A stretch of DNA of 64,000 nt from contig JAUCSD010000001.1 in NCBI GenBank assembly GCA_030445245.1, positions 500,671-564,670 of the forward strand. The letters are read 5' to 3'. Below the pieces are notes generated by a model. That model saw nothing but the letters and a program-made list of their open reading frames with translations. It had not been told where the DNA came from and made no database searches. The position numbers were made by a program, and so were the translations under genes. Below are positions 36,577 through 46,720 of this stretch, in pieces (positions within the stretch are counted from its first letter, which is position 1; every line of letters starts with the position of its first letter). This DNA comes from Candidatus Saccharimonadota bacterium (GTDB taxonomy: Bacteria > Patescibacteriota > Saccharimonadia > Saccharimonadales > Saccharimonadaceae).

Positions 36577-38883
36577 ATGGGCATTCTCAAACGTGCAAAC
36601 AAGCAAGGTCCGAAGCGTCAATGGGGCGCTGAACGGCGAATCAAGCCGCTTCCCATTGTTCACGACAAACCAACAACTCGAAAAATTATGCTTAGTCGCT
36701 TAGCCGTTGTGGCTACTGTCGCGATGTGGGCTGTATACTTCATCTACACCATTCTTCGTCAATTCTTTGATGGTCCGCAGACATTCCAATTTACAATGCA
36801 AGCAATCGGCTATTTATTAGTCGTAACTCTTCTCACGTTTTCAGCACTAATGTACTTACTAGCTCGTCAAGGCGCATTGCAACGATTTAGTCAGCACATA
36901 CGAGTACCTCGTGCGGAGCTAGACCGCCACTTCTCTCAAACACAAGAATCTGCTATTACAATGCTTATTCCAAGCTATGCTGAAGAGCCAGGTGTTATCC
37001 GCAAAACACTACTATCCGCTGCACTTCAGGAGTATCCGAGCAAACGCGTCATACTTTTAGTAGACGATAACCCCGTACAGAAGAACCAAAAAGATACTGA
37101 GCGACTTGAGATTACCCGTCGTATAAGTAACGACATTATGGAACTTTTATGTGAACCACGTGAGCGATTTAGCTCAGCACGTTCTCTCTTTGAACAAAAC
37201 TATATATTCATCAAACAGGTACAGCCTGAGGTCACAAAGCAACTTGCTAGTGAGTATATTTGGGCATCAGAATGGTTACATGAACTGGCTAATAAGGAAG
37301 TGATCGAAGATCACGTAGATATTTTCTTTGCCAATCATGTACTGCGCGACTTAGCGAACGAGTTGAAACTTACTGGTGATGCATTAGCCGCCTCAGCTCT
37401 TGAAGGTGCAACGATACCTCAAGAACGTATCTCTCAACTTTATCGTCGCCTTCAGTGGACCTTTGATGCAGAGCTCGGTGTCTTTGAGCGCAAGAAGTAC
37501 GCTTCACTCTCTAAAGAGGCTAACAAAGCGATGAACTTAAACAGTTACATCGGGCTGATGGGCGGTACTTACCGGTCCATGCCTACTCCTGACGGTCCTG
37601 TTCTAGCGCCAGTAAAACGAGCTCAAGAGGGTGATATTGTCATTCCTGATACAGAGTTTTTGCTTACTCTTGACGCCGATTCAATCTTGCTACGCGACTA
37701 CTGCTTGCGTTTAGTCTATTTCCTGCAGCAACCTGGTAATGAGCGCATCGCCGTCACGCAAACACCATATAGCTCATTCCGTGGTGCAGCAAGTCGTATT
37801 GAACGCCTCGCTGGTGCAACGACAGATATTCAGCACATTTTACACCAAGGCATGAGTCATTATGGTGCAACATTCTGGGTAGGTGCTAACGCAGTAATCC
37901 GTAAAAAGGCTATCGAAGATATTGTCGAAACTGAATGGGCTGGTGGATTTGAGATCAAGCGTTATGTCCAGGACCGTACAGTTATCGAGGATACCGAGTC
38001 GAGTGTTGACTTAGGACTCCACGGCTGGGGACTTGTGAACTATCCGGAACGTCTTAGTTATAGTGCAACTCCACCAGACTTTGGATCATTGATCGTACAG
38101 CGTCGACGCTGGGCAAACGGTGGTCTTTTGATCCTGCCGAAGCTTTGGGCAACCATTCGTGCTCGTAAGAGTAAAAATGAAGTCGTCAGCAAAGCTGAGA
38201 TCATGCTACGTATGAACTATATGGCCTCAATTGCTTGGGCAAGTTTCGGATTAATCTTCCTCCTTGCCTTTCCATACGATGGCCGTCTATTGAGTCCATT
38301 CGTAGTACTCGCCGCGTTACCTTATTTCCTTGCGATGGCGAGTGACTTAAAATACTGTGGTTATAAGCGTACCGATGTCTTCCGTATCTATGGCTTTAAC
38401 CTGATCTTGCTGCCAGTACAGCTAGCCGGCGTACTCAAGTCGATTCAACAAGCGTTGAGCGGCAAGAAGATTCCGTTTGCACGTACGCCAAAAGTAAAGA
38501 ACCGTACCGTTTCGCCAATGCTCTATGTTGTAGCACCTCTCGCTGTCGTTGCCTTCTCGATCGTTACATTCTATCGTGACTTTACCGCCCAAAACTGGGG
38601 CAACGCTTCATTTGCTGCGTTTAATGCCATCGTGGCTATGTGGGCAATCCTTGCCTATATCGGTATCGGCAATACGCTAAAAGACATCTGGGTCGGGTTA
38701 ACCGACTGGATGTATGTTGATATAAAGTCAAAGCAAACAAAGACAGCTGTTCAAACCGATGAACCTGCTATTGATTGGCGTGCTGTTCTCTATCACGGCC
38801 ACGCTCAGGAATCCGTACCACTAGCAGCACAAGCTAGTGAGCAAGTCGTAACGACAGGCAAAAAAGAAGGGATACTCGTATGA
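36577..38883 (+). CDS. processive family-2 glycosyltransferase (cellulose/chitin/hyaluronan-synthase-like)
   Basis: Start set at ATG 36577 (the track uses GTG 36565). Motifs LLVDDNP, TLDADS, VIEDTESS and QRRRWANGG (QxxRW). Two N-terminal and about five C-terminal TM helices. Confidence 0.8.
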   Translation: MGILKRANKQGPKRQWGAERRIKPLPIVHDKPTTRKIMLSRLAVVATVAMWAVYFIYTILRQFFDGPQTFQFTMQAIGYLLVVTLLTFSALMYLLARQGALQRFSQHIRVPRAELDRHFSQTQESAITMLIPSYAEEPGVIRKTLLSAALQEYPSKRVILLVDDNPVQKNQKDTERLEITRRISNDIMELLCEPRERFSSARSLFEQNYIFIKQVQPEVTKQLASEYIWASEWLHELANKEVIEDHVDIFFANHVLRDLANELKLTGDALAASALEGATIPQERISQLYRRLQWTFDAELGVFERKKYASLSKEANKAMNLNSYIGLMGGTYRSMPTPDGPVLAPVKRAQEGDIVIPDTEFLLTLDADSILLRDYCLRLVYFLQQPGNERIAVTQTPYSSFRGAASRIERLAGATTDIQHILHQGMSHYGATFWVGANAVIRKKAIEDIVETEWAGGFEIKRYVQDRTVIEDTESSVDLGLHGWGLVNYPERLSYSATPPDFGSLIVQRRRWANGGLLILPKLWATIRARKSKNEVVSKAEIMLRMNYMASIAWASFGLIFLLAFPYDGRLLSPFVVLAALPYFLAMASDLKYCGYKRTDVFRIYGFNLILLPVQLAGVLKSIQQALSGKKIPFARTPKVKNRTVSPMLYVVAPLAVVAFSIVTFYRDFTAQNWGNASFAAFNAIVAMWAILAYIGIGNTLKDIWVGLTDWMYVDIKSKQTKTAVQTDEPAIDWRAVLYHGHAQESVPLAAQASEQVVTTGKKEGILV

Positions 38884-40424
38884 TTCAGGAAAAAACTCGT
38901 CGTCTATCGCCGTGGCGCGTCATGCTTGCAGTCTTCATCGTAGTCACAGCATGTGTCGGTAGCTTCTACGGCTTCCAGTGGTGGAAATCGGAGCAATCAC
39001 AGGCTTCACACAAACCATGGTTCGCCAGTTACGTAGACGTTACCTCAACACCGACATTCGCCTTCGAACAACTGAGCAAGGGTGATCACAAAGATGTCAT
39101 GCTCTCGTTTATCGTTAGCTCTACCTCAAAGGACTGTGTTCCTTCATGGGGCGGCAGCTTTACACTCGATCGCGCCGGCGACTCACTCGATCTTGATCGT
39201 CGTATCGCCCGCCTGAAACAGCAAGGTGGTAAGATAGCTATTAGTTTCGGTGGTCTCAAGAATAAAGAGTTAGCAAACTCGTGTAATGATGTTACGTCAC
39301 TAAAATCCGCCTACAAGGCTGTTATTGACCGCTACGACCTTGACACTATCGATCTCGATATTGAACAGGGTAATCTGACCGATACCGCTGCAAGCGAACG
39401 TCGTGCAGTCGCTCTCGCTGAATTACAGGCTGAACGACGTACGGCTGGTAAGAGTTTGGCTGTCTGGCTCACGCTACCTGTCTCACCTACTGGGTTAACC
39501 GAAGCTGGAACCAATATTGTCTCGCAAATGCTTGCGAAGAAAGTTGACATCGCTGGCGTGAATGTGATGACGATGGACTACGGACAAAGCCTTAACGGTC
39601 TTAGTATGATCGAAGCGGCTAAAAAAGCATTGACTGCGACACATCATCAGCTTGGCGTCGTGTACCAACGTGTTGGCATATATCTTAACGATGCTACCTT
39701 GTGGTCGAAGATTGGTGCCACGCCAATGATTGGTCAAAATGACTTTGATAATGAAGTTTTCATGCTAGACGATGCTGTTCAATTGAACAAGTTCGCTCGT
39801 GAAAAAGGCATGGCTCGTATGTCCATGTGGTCTGCAAACCGTGATATTACCTGCGGTAGTAACTACACGACTACCAAAGTTGTATCTGACTCATGTAGCG
39901 GCGTTAAAGAAGATGCTGGTGCATTTGCAAATGCCCTTGGCTCAGGCTTCAACGGTAGTTTTGCGCTCAGTGCTGGCGTCGTAACAAATGCCGACACTAA
40001 TTCAAAGCAAGTCAAGGATGATCCGGCAACGAGTCCGTATCCAATCTGGAGTGAGGATAGTACATATCTTCAAGGCACAAAGGTTGTCTGGCTTCACAAT
40101 GTATACGAATCTAAATGGTGGACTCAAGGTAATCAACCTGATAACCCTGTGCTTCAAGAATGGGAAACTCCCTGGAAGCTTGTCGGTCCAGTCCTACCTG
40201 GTGAAAAACCAGTTCAGCAAGCGACACTTCCTGAGGGTACCTACCCCGAATGGTCAGGCTCAACTGAATATGACACAGGACAACGAATACTCTTTCAGGG
40301 CGCACCATACCAAGCTAAATGGTGGAATAAGGGACAAAGTCCAGCCGCCGCATCTTCAAACCCAGACAGTTCTCCTTGGGTGCCACTTACCCAAGCACAG
40401 ATCAACGAGATCAAAGGCGAATAA
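38880..40424 (+). CDS. membrane-anchored GH18 chitinase-like protein with two C-terminal CBM5/12 domains
   Basis: ATG overlaps the GT2 stop (ATGA). N-terminal TM. GH18 DxxDxDxE motif (DTIDLDIE). Two chitin-binding repeats (YPIWSEDSTYLQGTKVVWLHNVYESKWWTQGNQP and YPEWSGSTEYDTGQRILFQGAPYQAKWWNKGQSP). Confidence 0.85.
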   Translation: MIQEKTRRLSPWRVMLAVFIVVTACVGSFYGFQWWKSEQSQASHKPWFASYVDVTSTPTFAFEQLSKGDHKDVMLSFIVSSTSKDCVPSWGGSFTLDRAGDSLDLDRRIARLKQQGGKIAISFGGLKNKELANSCNDVTSLKSAYKAVIDRYDLDTIDLDIEQGNLTDTAASERRAVALAELQAERRTAGKSLAVWLTLPVSPTGLTEAGTNIVSQMLAKKVDIAGVNVMTMDYGQSLNGLSMIEAAKKALTATHHQLGVVYQRVGIYLNDATLWSKIGATPMIGQNDFDNEVFMLDDAVQLNKFAREKGMARMSMWSANRDITCGSNYTTTKVVSDSCSGVKEDAGAFANALGSGFNGSFALSAGVVTNADTNSKQVKDDPATSPYPIWSEDSTYLQGTKVVWLHNVYESKWWTQGNQPDNPVLQEWETPWKLVGPVLPGEKPVQQATLPEGTYPEWSGSTEYDTGQRILFQGAPYQAKWWNKGQSPAAASSNPDSSPWVPLTQAQINEIKGE

Positions 40425-40440
40425 ACTTAGTTCGCGCATC

Positions 40441-40479
40441 CATAATAAAACACGCCTATCTCGGGCGTGTTTTATTATG
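40441..40479. terminator. bidirectional rho-independent terminator
   Basis: CATAATAAAACACGCC-7 nt-GGCGTGTTTTATTATG, a 16-bp perfect stem between convergent genes. Confidence 0.8.
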
Positions 40480-40490
40480 AGATACTCTTA

Positions 40491-41213
40491 CTATAACTTC
40501 TCAACAGCAACCATACCAGCCGTAAGCTCTGGTACCCTCACTTGCAACTCGCCTTTAGCGTTTACGATTACGCTACAACCATAGCCAAGAGTGATAGCGT
40601 CATCCGCTACTACATCTGACGATACAACCCAACAACCCGTGTCACTAGCGCGGTCGATTAAATGAGGCGAGTGTTTTTCGCGATACCCGATCGCTTTCTC
40701 TCGAGACAATCGATTATTAAGTGGATAGAAAATAGCCTGTGCACCTTTTTTGGCAAGAGCCACCGCGCCCTCGGGAAACCTGGCGTCGTAGCAGATGTTA
40801 ACGCCAAACGTTAGATCGCCTATCGAAAATACGGGATACTCGGTGCCGGCCGTAAAGTTTGGTTCGAATAGATGCACTTTGCGATACCTACCGACTAGCC
40901 TCCCTCCATAAACCACAACGGCAGTATTATAAAAGCTATCACCCTCTTGTTCGATCATCCCTAAAATGAATGCTGACTTATACCCTGCGAGCCTCCGTAG
41001 GATTACGTGGAACGTGTCCGAGTTAAGATTAATAGCTCGCTCTTTTGTCTCGTCTACATCAAGTGTATATCCCTGCAGGAAGCATTCCGGAAAGCATACG
41101 ACTGATAGTTCGGCATCATCGGCCTCACTAAGACATGTTTCGATCACCTTAAGGGATCGTTCCATGTCGCCTTGTATATCGTGCAGTTGGAATGTCCCAA
41201 TCCTAACCGTCAT
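40491..41213 (-). CDS. carbon-nitrogen hydrolase (nitrilase superfamily)
   Basis: E-K-C triad contexts VVCFPECFLQGY, YRKVHLF and VNICYDARFPE. Confidence 0.8.
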   Translation of the reverse strand: MTVRIGTFQLHDIQGDMERSLKVIETCLSEADDAELSVVCFPECFLQGYTLDVDETKERAINLNSDTFHVILRRLAGYKSAFILGMIEQEGDSFYNTAVVVYGGRLVGRYRKVHLFEPNFTAGTEYPVFSIGDLTFGVNICYDARFPEGAVALAKKGAQAIFYPLNNRLSREKAIGYREKHSPHLIDRASDTGCWVVSSDVVADDAITLGYGCSVIVNAKGELQVRVPELTAGMVAVEKL

Positions 41214-41896
41214 AAGACGTCTCGCGAGTTTTGTGTCTGTATAAGCTTGATGGCATCAGCACATGGCCGCACATCGCCATAATTGCGAAAGAATGTCGCA
41301 AGTGTTGCCTCGTGTTGACCATCTTTATGCCCCCACATACAGTCACTAATGAGAGTGACCTCATACTCTAGCTCACTAGCATCCCGAGCGCTTGCTTCGC
41401 AGCATACATTTGTTACCGCCCCGACAATCAAGATCGACTCTATACCACGTGCTTGTAGCTGTTCGTGTAGGTTGCACTTTCCTGGAGAGAAAGCGCTTGC
41501 ACTCTGTTTGACCGCATGGATATCGTCTGTCTTTGTCTCAAGTTCATGCCAGACTGCCCGTGCTTTTCCTTCTCTCACTCCCTCAGCCTCGTACATAATA
41601 GCCAGCTGATCACCATAGATTGCTTGGAATCTTTTTGAAGCTTTACTAATCGGGGTAGTGACCCAGGCTACCGTTCCACCAGCCTCTCTCAGCACCTGTG
41701 TCAGCTCATTAATTTGCGGTACAAAAGCTCGGATCTCATCATCGACTCTCGTTACTGTTCCGGTATCCAAATCCACGACGACGAGTGCCGTCTTAGTTGG
41801 ATCAAGAGCTGGAAATGCATGTAGACGTCCCCGTCTTGCAATAACTTTATCGACTATAGACTGCTTAATATAACTCGGGTGAACGATCCGTGCCAT
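41210..41896 (-). CDS. isochorismatase-family cysteine hydrolase
   Basis: ALVVVDLDTG, K and ILIVGAVTNVCCEASARDA motifs. Stop overlaps the downstream start. Confidence 0.8.
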   Translation of the reverse strand: MARIVHPSYIKQSIVDKVIARRGRLHAFPALDPTKTALVVVDLDTGTVTRVDDEIRAFVPQINELTQVLREAGGTVAWVTTPISKASKRFQAIYGDQLAIMYEAEGVREGKARAVWHELETKTDDIHAVKQSASAFSPGKCNLHEQLQARGIESILIVGAVTNVCCEASARDASELEYEVTLISDCMWGHKDGQHEATLATFFRNYGDVRPCADAIKLIQTQNSRDVL

Positions 41897-42855
41897 TATC
41901 GTACTCCCGCATCAACCGTTAATGTCCCTGCATCAGAATCGAGGACAGCGTTTGTACCGATCGGCACGGCAATAGGATTTTTGTCGTGACCAATAGGCAG
42001 ACCACCTAAGATGGGCACACCAAGTTTTGCAAATCGTTCGCGGAGAATATCAATCTCGGTGCATGATGAATTGCCCGTCGGGTCGGTGGCATTACCACAG
42101 TCTGTATACTGCCCGATAGCGATTCCTACTATATTCTTTATAATACCTGTATTTATCAGCATAGTAAGCTGCCGGTCGATATGACCAAGTCGTAGGTTAA
42201 CCGCTTCGATCAGCAAAATTGCCTTATCAAAACTTGGCAGTGCCCAACCTGCGCCTGTCGCGATCGAGTCTTGATTGCCGCCAATGAGCATTCCCTCAGC
42301 TCTACCATGAGTCGTCAGGACATAGGTACTTTCTTCGGGTGTCGAGCGGACCGTGATTGGCTCAGTGCTCGTAACCGCATGCACGAATGATTTGGCCGTT
42401 TCTTTGCCAAATGACTCGCTCCAAGGTGCCCCATGAATCCCGCCCGTGACACCGTGCTTGAGTAGTGCCATATGAAGTATGGTTATTTCGCTAAAGCCGA
42501 TGAGCAGTTTAGGATTTTTGCGAGCAGCCTCAAAATCAAGTCCATCAGCAATACGATACGCACCCTTGCCACCACGCGTGGCAATAATGGCCTTAATACC
42601 TGGATCTCTAAGTGCCTCATTTATATCCGCAAGTCGGTCTTCGTCCTTACCGGCTAGATAATCGAGCGTATTGTGTACATCGTAAACGTGTTTGCCATAC
42701 TCAACTTTTAAGCCTAGATTTTCAAGAATCTTTGCGCCACCATCAAGACCACCTTTAGGTACGGAACTTGCTGGCGAAACAAAGCGAACTCGATCACCCG
42801 ACTTTAATTTCTCTGGTATTAAGTGGTCTTTAATAACCTGATCGGTCATATTCAC
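41896..42855 (-). CDS. LD-carboxypeptidase (peptidase S66, LdcA/MccF-like)
   Basis: GDRVRFVSPASS, IIATRGGKGA, GFSEITILH (nucleophile Ser) and C-terminal GLPIGHD. Confidence 0.8.
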   Translation of the reverse strand: MNMTDQVIKDHLIPEKLKSGDRVRFVSPASSVPKGGLDGGAKILENLGLKVEYGKHVYDVHNTLDYLAGKDEDRLADINEALRDPGIKAIIATRGGKGAYRIADGLDFEAARKNPKLLIGFSEITILHMALLKHGVTGGIHGAPWSESFGKETAKSFVHAVTSTEPITVRSTPEESTYVLTTHGRAEGMLIGGNQDSIATGAGWALPSFDKAILLIEAVNLRLGHIDRQLTMLINTGIIKNIVGIAIGQYTDCGNATDPTGNSSCTEIDILRERFAKLGVPILGGLPIGHDKNPIAVPIGTNAVLDSDAGTLTVDAGVR

Positions 42856-43018
42856 TCCCCCTCATATTGTTTTAAATAGATGTTTGTTTCAGCCTCTCAA
42901 AGCTTGTTTTTAGCATAGCACTTTGCTTATGTGATGTTCAAATGTATTAATGACAGCACATACTAGTGAGAAGGTACTGTTAGGCCTTTAATGATAGCCT
43001 CTGCTATAAATCAATGTC

Positions 43019-43855
43019 ATGATGTACAATAAGATTCAAAGGGATTATGGTTACGCTCACATGAACAAGATCACTAAAATTACATTTACGATCATCGCCT
43101 TTGCGCTCGTAGGGTATGTAGCATCTTTTTTTGTTCAGCCCCCTCCTAGCGGAACGGAAAATGAGTTATCGACATTTCATTGGTCGCTCGCAAATTCGGT
43201 TCTTTATACAACGCTGTATGTTGGGGCGGCTATTTTGTTTATTATCGGGTTAAGCGCCTACAAGGCGAAGCTACGTCTAGCGTATACAGCTATTGCAGTC
43301 GGCATCGTTTTAGTGGGTGCTGGCCTAGCGCAAGTGGTTCTTTTGAGGATTTTCGGCCTGCTTGGATCTCCATGGGTGATATATGGTGGCGTTACGCTTC
43401 CGTTTGTAGCAGCCGGACTTGCCATCTACCTAGGGGTACGATCGATAGCAAAGCTTGTAGGTATTACTTCCGCACTAACCAAATTGAAATTTGTTTTACC
43501 ACTACTCTTTGCTTGTATCGTCCTAGTGTATCTTATTCCTCATAGCACGTCGTCCTTACCGGAAATTTTCTACGACATATCAAATGCTATCAGCATGGGA
43601 GATGCAGTATTTTATGTCGTTAGCTTTGGGCTCGTATTCCAAATAAAAAACCACAGTGGTTCACACTACGCTCACTCCATGAAGTGGTTGATGCTTGGTC
43701 TTATAGGAAGTGTCTTGATTAGTCTGTCGATCCTGGCGGTAGCCTTAATGACTGGTGAATCCCTGACCGGATACCCTCTGGATATACTCGTGATTGCAGG
43801 TGGACTCATTTATTTAAAGGCAGGGCATAGTTTCGCTCAGACAAAGAAGGTTTAA
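43019..43855 (+). CDS. hypothetical integral membrane protein (about 7 TM)
   Basis: 278-aa hydrophobic ORF. The internal out-of-frame ORF 43180..43545 is taken as a shadow. Confidence 0.5.
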   Translation: MMYNKIQRDYGYAHMNKITKITFTIIAFALVGYVASFFVQPPPSGTENELSTFHWSLANSVLYTTLYVGAAILFIIGLSAYKAKLRLAYTAIAVGIVLVGAGLAQVVLLRIFGLLGSPWVIYGGVTLPFVAAGLAIYLGVRSIAKLVGITSALTKLKFVLPLLFACIVLVYLIPHSTSSLPEIFYDISNAISMGDAVFYVVSFGLVFQIKNHSGSHYAHSMKWLMLGLIGSVLISLSILAVALMTGESLTGYPLDILVIAGGLIYLKAGHSFAQTKKV

Positions 43856-44196
43856 TGATGGTAATTTTTAAAAGTCTCGTCGAGGGATCGCAACAATCAG
43901 AAATAGTAACTACTGCTCTCGACTTAGTTAAAACAGCTGCCACCTTGGCCTCTGACACAAGTGCCATTGAGCCTTTGCTACATCAAATACAAGAAATAGT
44001 AGCTAGTTTGCCTCACGAGGGTTTCCTTACACCAGAAGAAGAGAATTCGATTTTTGACATATACTTTAAACTCGAACACTATCTTATTGCCACCGATCCC
44101 ATGCGAAACTTCCGCAAGGAAGACTTACGCAACAAAGCAAGCATGAGCCTGCGTACTCGACTTGAATCGTATGAGAGTAGGATCACAAAAAATTAG
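43855..44196 (+). CDS. hypothetical helical protein
   Basis: 113-aa ORF. Its start overlaps the upstream stop by 1 nt (TAATG). Confidence 0.45.
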   Translation: MMVIFKSLVEGSQQSEIVTTALDLVKTAATLASDTSAIEPLLHQIQEIVASLPHEGFLTPEEENSIFDIYFKLEHYLIATDPMRNFRKEDLRNKASMSLRTRLESYESRITKN

Positions 44197-44291
44197 CAGC
44201 CGAATGACATAGCTTAAGCGCTATACGCTTCATAACAGCATGGAACCAGACATTCTCTCACTTCGACTAGTGAATGTATTGCAGGAAGGAG

Positions 44292-44759
44292 CTAGTTTAT
44301 TTTCGGCAAACGATAACGGATATCATTGTAAGCAACAACACCCATCGCAAGAGGTGTGAGTAAAAAGAAAATCAGTAACCCAACACCAACGGGGCTACTA
44401 AAGTCGACAATATGATCAGACTGACTCGCAATAGAGGCGATAATCACCACGAGAATGAGCGGGCTAATAATTGTACTGGCAATTATTGCGGGTACTGACC
44501 ATTTATAGATACTTCTGAGTAGGAGATACCCCAACACTATATAGAATATGATCTGTCCTATATACAGAAGTATAGCGGGCACACCTATGATAATTCCCAG
44601 TCCAGCATACTTAAACACGAAAAAAGATCCTACAAGTGTATACACTACATAACCGACTCCCGTTAGCATTCCTATGCCTAGTATTAACGCTGCGATAAAT
44701 AAGGTTGTCGGTTTGTTTTTTAGGCTAATCATAACCCCATCATACCAAAAAGACTCCAC
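44292..44759 (-). CDS. hypothetical membrane protein (4 TM)
   Basis: 155-aa hydrophobic ORF. Confidence 0.5.
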   Translation of the reverse strand: MESFWYDGVMISLKNKPTTLFIAALILGIGMLTGVGYVVYTLVGSFFVFKYAGLGIIIGVPAILLYIGQIIFYIVLGYLLLRSIYKWSVPAIIASTIISPLILVVIIASIASQSDHIVDFSSPVGVGLLIFFLLTPLAMGVVAYNDIRYRLPKIN

Positions 44760-44794
44760 AATGAGTGCTTATGATTTGTGCGGTTGCCGTCAAA

Positions 44795-45154
44795 CTATGC
44801 CAACCGCGCCGAAAGCTTAGCGAGAAAATCCTTGGTATCCTTATACTCGATGAGCTCATTTGTCACGAATCGCAACGAACCGGAAGTTTCTGCGCCTGTC
44901 TTATAAAAACAAACAATTGGCACTCCCGCTACATTCGCCTGTCCCATTTCAATACCTTGGCCTGTCGACGGATAAGAAGCTTCGGCAACCAGTATGTCAG
45001 TCCGCTTCAATTGATCCTTGGCATCGACGTCAATATTCTCCGGTTCATGCGGCAAGAAGAAGTGATGTATGGCAGCAAGCTCAGATTCTTTGATCGGTTT
45101 ATACAGCTCGTTTTCGTAATCATAGTTGCCAGAGTGAGAGATATAAATATTCAT
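44795..45154 (-). CDS. nucleoside 2-deoxyribosyltransferase-like (Rossmann-like) protein, tentative
   Basis: Start set at MNIYISHSGNYDYENELY.... Later DILVAEASYPSTGQGIEMG resembles the NDT/YtoQ-like fold pattern. Confidence 0.45.
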   Translation of the reverse strand: MNIYISHSGNYDYENELYKPIKESELAAIHHFFLPHEPENIDVDAKDQLKRTDILVAEASYPSTGQGIEMGQANVAGVPIVCFYKTGAETSGSLRFVTNELIEYKDTKDFLAKLSARLA

Positions 45155-45303
45155 AGTCTTATCTTCTATTATGCCATATGAAAGGATTGTCGTAGGCATG
45201 CAGGAGCAGTTCAAAGTATAGCTACTTGATTTTTATGTAATATAGGCATACAATCACATCCACATTAAAGATACTACTATGTCATAAAAAGGAGACTACA
45301 GGT

Positions 45304-45879
45304 ATGTCAATTGAGATGGTATCGTCTAAAGAGCAGTCTTCTTCTTGGGAGATCCGGGGAACAGAATTACCTAACGGTTTCATGGTTCGTTTTATTGGTC
45401 ATGACGTTACTAAACCTGAACAGGTGTCGATATTACACAATAAGGTGGCTGAGATTTTAGCGCAGGCTGCAGTCGATCCTGATACCTGTTTTAGCGCGAA
45501 GCTTATTATTAGTGAGCTTGCGGCGAATGCAATTGAAAATGGCAAGCACCAATTATCCGAACTTGATGTAGTCGTATTGTATACACCTGAAGGTGAAGTC
45601 TCTGAGGTATATATTAGCGTGATCAATCCTGTCGATGAAGACGTACGTCTGGAATATCGTAAGAGAGAACGGACTGTTGATGAATCTGCTCAAGAAGAAA
45701 GCGGGAGGGGTCGTGATCTAACTGACGCGTTAACCAGTGGCAATTGGGGATGGGTCGTGACTGACGTGCGTGAAGAAAACAACGAGACACACGAGCAATT
45801 GTCTGTCGTGACCTTTGCTCGTCTTGAGGCAGCTGGGCATGAAGACATTCCTCAAGACGAACTCCCTCGCGCTAGTTAG
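45304..45879 (+). CDS. GHKL/HATPase-like protein (anti-sigma-factor-kinase-like), orphan
   Basis: IISELAANAIENG (N-box-like) and a later EESGRGRDL (G-box-like). No partner STAS or sigma gene nearby. Confidence 0.5.
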   Translation: MSIEMVSSKEQSSSWEIRGTELPNGFMVRFIGHDVTKPEQVSILHNKVAEILAQAAVDPDTCFSAKLIISELAANAIENGKHQLSELDVVVLYTPEGEVSEVYISVINPVDEDVRLEYRKRERTVDESAQEESGRGRDLTDALTSGNWGWVVTDVREENNETHEQLSVVTFARLEAAGHEDIPQDELPRAS

Positions 45880-45910
45880 TATTCGTTTCTTATATTTCGA
45901 GAATGAATAT

Positions 45911-46720
45911 TCAAGAAATCCGTGAGCTAGCTTCTAGGTATTGGTACGTACCCTTATTATAAGGTTGTTCGGTTTTAATAAACTTGATGTTTGAATCTTC
46001 TGTCGCACCGTTGAATGCGGGACCCGTGAAGACAAAGATAGTATTCTCATCCTGTTGAGCAAAATAACGAGCCATCTCGTAGTCCACGATACTATCGCCA
46101 AAGCAAACGAAGTGATCGTGCTTAATATTACTAGTTCGATTCAACCAATCGTATACTAGCTGCGCTCCTGCCCATTTGCCAGCCTCTGGAGCATGTATAT
46201 CAACGGCGTCGGTACTGTTTGCTACTTGCACATGCTGTCCTGCAAAAGCATCTTGCAATATAGCAGTTAGCTCGCGCTGGTCAGCTTTAAACGTATCCAT
46301 GTCAATATCAAGTCCTTTGGAAACGGTTGCCATCGACTCTTTGCCGTCATACCATCGCATCCTCTTTACGAAATCGGGATGCCGTTCAAATATCTCGCGG
46401 GCCTTGGCAATTTGATCTGGAAGCATGCTAAAGGCGCTATGAACCTTGCGTTCAACTCCGTTTACGAATTCAATGCCAATACCACCCATTTCGGTCGCAA
46501 TAAACAGATTATTCAAGGGATCAGGGCTTTGTAGTGTACGCCGAATATCTTGTATAATATTTTCTTCTATCCATTCATAGCTTCTGCCTGTATTAATGGC
46601 TATAACCATTCCTTGTTCAAGTAGTGTAACCATATGAGCAATAGTACGCCCATCAGGCATGTGCGAGTCCATATTGTTAAGTACGCCATCTACATCAAAT
46701 ACATATACGGATTGATTCAT
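45911..46720 (-). CDS. HAD-superfamily hydrolase (IIB-like, large cap)
   Basis: Motif I VFDVDGVLNN, INTGRS, and motif IV FGDSIVDYEMA. Confidence 0.65.
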   Translation of the reverse strand: MNQSVYVFDVDGVLNNMDSHMPDGRTIAHMVTLLEQGMVIAINTGRSYEWIEENIIQDIRRTLQSPDPLNNLFIATEMGGIGIEFVNGVERKVHSAFSMLPDQIAKAREIFERHPDFVKRMRWYDGKESMATVSKGLDIDMDTFKADQRELTAILQDAFAGQHVQVANSTDAVDIHAPEAGKWAGAQLVYDWLNRTSNIKHDHFVCFGDSIVDYEMARYFAQQDENTIFVFTGPAFNGATEDSNIKFIKTEQPYNKGTYQYLEASSRIS

